IMG/VR virus record: IMGVR_UViG_3300044731_000124
Span: 1-26,967 of that record
Strand: one strand, 5' to 3'
DNA from: a virus
Taxonomy: Duplodnaviria; Caudoviricetes
DNA: 26,967 bases
Both the position numbers and the translations under genes were made by a program. The notes beneath the pieces are model-generated. The model saw only the letters and a list, made by a program, of their open reading frames with translations, searched no databases and was not told the origin of the DNA. Positions 25,233 through 26,967 of the stretch are shown here, one piece after another. How positions within the stretch are numbered: position 1 is the first letter of the stretch; every line of letters starts with the position of its first letter.

Positions 25233-26967
25233 TCTACACATCTTAAATTTAGCAAAATACGAAGCGCCTGTCATTGAGGAATCAAAGAAGAATGAGTGGG
25301 TAACGTATGGAGAAAACAACTCTTACTATCAGTTCTTAATTGATAGATATAAAAACTCTACTACTAATAACGCTATTATAAACAATATTAGCCGTTTGGT
25401 ATATGGCAAAGGTTTAAGCGCAGTAGATGCTTCAAGAAAGCCTAACGAGTACGCTCAGATGATGGCTATGATTAACGCAGACGATATGCGTAAAGTAGTA
25501 TTAGATTTTGAGATGTTGGGACAAGCAGCGTTCCAGGTACATTATTCTAAGGATAGAAGCAAAGTATTAAAGGCGTATCATATTCCTGTGCATCTTTTAG
25601 CACCTGAGAAGTGCAATAAAGACGGACAAATCGAAGCCTATTACTATTCTGATAATTGGGAAGATTTAAGAAACTACGCACCTAAGAGAATTCCTGCATT
25701 TGGATTTGGTAATGAGCAAGTAGAAATTATGTTCATTCAACCTTATTCGGTAGGGATGAAATACTTTAGCTATGTAGATTATCAAGGTGGCATCCCTTAC
25801 ACAGTATTAGAAGAGGAGATATCAAGCTACTTAATTTCTGAGGTTCAGTCTTCATTTAGTTCACGCACGGTAGTAAACTTCAATAATGGACAACCAACCC
25901 CAGAGGAGCAAGATATTATTTCTTCTAAGGTTATGTCTAAACTTACAGGCGCAAATGGTCAACGAGTAATCGTAGCATTTAATAACAATGCCGAAAGTAA
26001 AACTACAATAGATTCTATTCCTGTAGACAATGCTCCCGATTTATACAATCAGTTAAGTGAGGAATGTATGCGTAAGATTATGTTATCACATAACGTTACA
26101 AGTCCTTTGCTTTTCGGTATTGCTTCAACAAATGGCTTTAGTTCAAATGCGGATGAGTTACAAAATAGTTTTGTGTTATTCGATAATTTAGTTATACGAC
26201 CAAAACAAGAAGTATTGCTTAGTGCTATTGATAGAATCTTAGCAGTTAACGGAATCAGTCTTAACCTATTCTTTAGAACTCTTAAACCACTTGAATTTAC
26301 AGATTTAGAGAATGCTCAAACTGAAGAGCAAGTAGCACAAGAAACAGGAACGCAGTTAAGTTCAGAGGCTACGGATGAAGAGTTAGAAGTTCTATTAAAC
26401 GACTTAGCAGGAGAAGTATTAGGAGACGAATGGGAGCGCGTTACAGAGCGTGAAGTAAAGGCGGATAACATAAGTACAGAAGAATGGGTAAATAATGCTT
26501 TAAATCCAAAGAAAAGCGTATTAGCACGTTTAGCATCTGTAATTAAATCAGAGCCAAGTAGAGAATCTAACTTAGACAAATCTGTTTACAAGGTTCGATA
26601 TGAATATGCAGCACGATATAATAAAGCTAACTCACGAGAATTCTGTGTTAAAATGATGGCACGAACTGCAAACGGAGTAGTATATCGTTTAGAAGACATC
26701 GACAAAGCAAGTAGAGCAGGAGTAAATGAGAAGCTAGGACATAAGGGGCAACCTTACGACTTATTTAAATTCAAAGGTGGAGTTAATTGTTCTCACTATT
26801 GGAATGAGGTTCTTTATAAACTAAAGACTAAAAAAGATGGTAAAGGATATGTAGAGGATAAGTCTCTAAGTTCATCTGAGGAAGTAAACTCTATTCCTAA
26901 ATCATACACCCCACGACCTACAGGAAATGCACAAAGCAAAGTAGCACCTATAGATATGCCTAACAAC
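25225..26967 (+). CDS. Portal protein with C-terminal extension, 3'-truncated; not in ORF track
   Basis: Open from ATG 25225 to the window end (581 codons); STTNNAIIN...YGKG, NFNNG.P, KIMLSHNVTSPLLFGI, VIRPKQ; C-terminal SREFC and KGGVNCSHYW. Confidence 0.8.
   Translation, partial: MSNLHILNLAKYEAPVIEESKKNEWVTYGENNSYYQFLIDRYKNSTTNNAIINNISRLVYGKGLSAVDASRKPNEYAQMMAMINADDMRKVVLDFEMLGQAAFQVHYSKDRSKVLKAYHIPVHLLAPEKCNKDGQIEAYYYSDNWEDLRNYAPKRIPAFGFGNEQVEIMFIQPYSVGMKYFSYVDYQGGIPYTVLEEEISSYLISEVQSSFSSRTVVNFNNGQPTPEEQDIISSKVMSKLTGANGQRVIVAFNNNAESKTTIDSIPVDNAPDLYNQLSEECMRKIMLSHNVTSPLLFGIASTNGFSSNADELQNSFVLFDNLVIRPKQEVLLSAIDRILAVNGISLNLFFRTLKPLEFTDLENAQTEEQVAQETGTQLSSEATDEELEVLLNDLAGEVLGDEWERVTEREVKADNISTEEWVNNALNPKKSVLARLASVIKSEPSRESNLDKSVYKVRYEYAARYNKANSREFCVKMMARTANGVVYRLEDIDKASRAGVNEKLGHKGQPYDLFKFKGGVNCSHYWNEVLYKLKTKKDGKGYVEDKSLSSSEEVNSIPKSYTPRPTGNAQSKVAPIDMPNN

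Larger units (their letters stand above)
1..26967 (+). mobile_element. Tailed dsDNA bacteriophage genome segment (siphovirus-like, probable Bacteroidota host)
   Basis: Terminase, capsid, tape measure, portal, ERF/YqaJ and NinG genes all on one strand; no host housekeeping genes; TAnnTTTG promoters; no tail sheath, integrase or repressor recognised in the window. Confidence 0.95.

Noticed and set aside
1-26967. Alternative genetic code, CRISPR array, tRNA genes, integrase or reverse transcriptase
   Set aside because: Genes tile completely under the standard code using TAA, TAG and TGA stops; no repeat-spacer array, cloverleaf or such motifs were seen by eye

Overview
The whole window is one co-oriented (+ strand), AT-rich, densely packed segment of a tailed dsDNA phage, probably siphovirus-like. 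The host is probably Bacteroidota (Flavobacteriia-like): there are TAnnTTTG host-type promoters and A-rich starts without Shine-Dalgarno sequences. Gene order: partial RNase H-like exonuclease; small early genes; stand-alone DnaA domain IV protein; ERF + YqaJ + SSB recombination module; initiator + SF4 helicase; PAPS-reductase-like PP-loop enzyme; PD-(D/E)XK nuclease and NinG; ECF-type sigma factor; ParB-N + ABC-ATPase-GNAT; terminases. A permuted morphogenesis region follows: tail chaperone with a -1 slippery site, tail genes, tape measure, XkdF-like protease, scaffold, capsid, tail tube, and portal last (cut by the window end). The most interesting signals are non-coding. (1) Four exactly spaced AAC-N15-AAGTTA late-promoter candidates, three placed to give leaderless mRNAs, match the phage-encoded ECF sigma. 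(2) Two terminator-ended short RNA candidates are antisense to start-codon regions (xxTATGAAA). (3) A two-hairpin kissing-loop leader with an alternative antiterminator-like fold precedes the replication genes. All protein calls are from motif recognition by eye; no database searches or folding programs were run.
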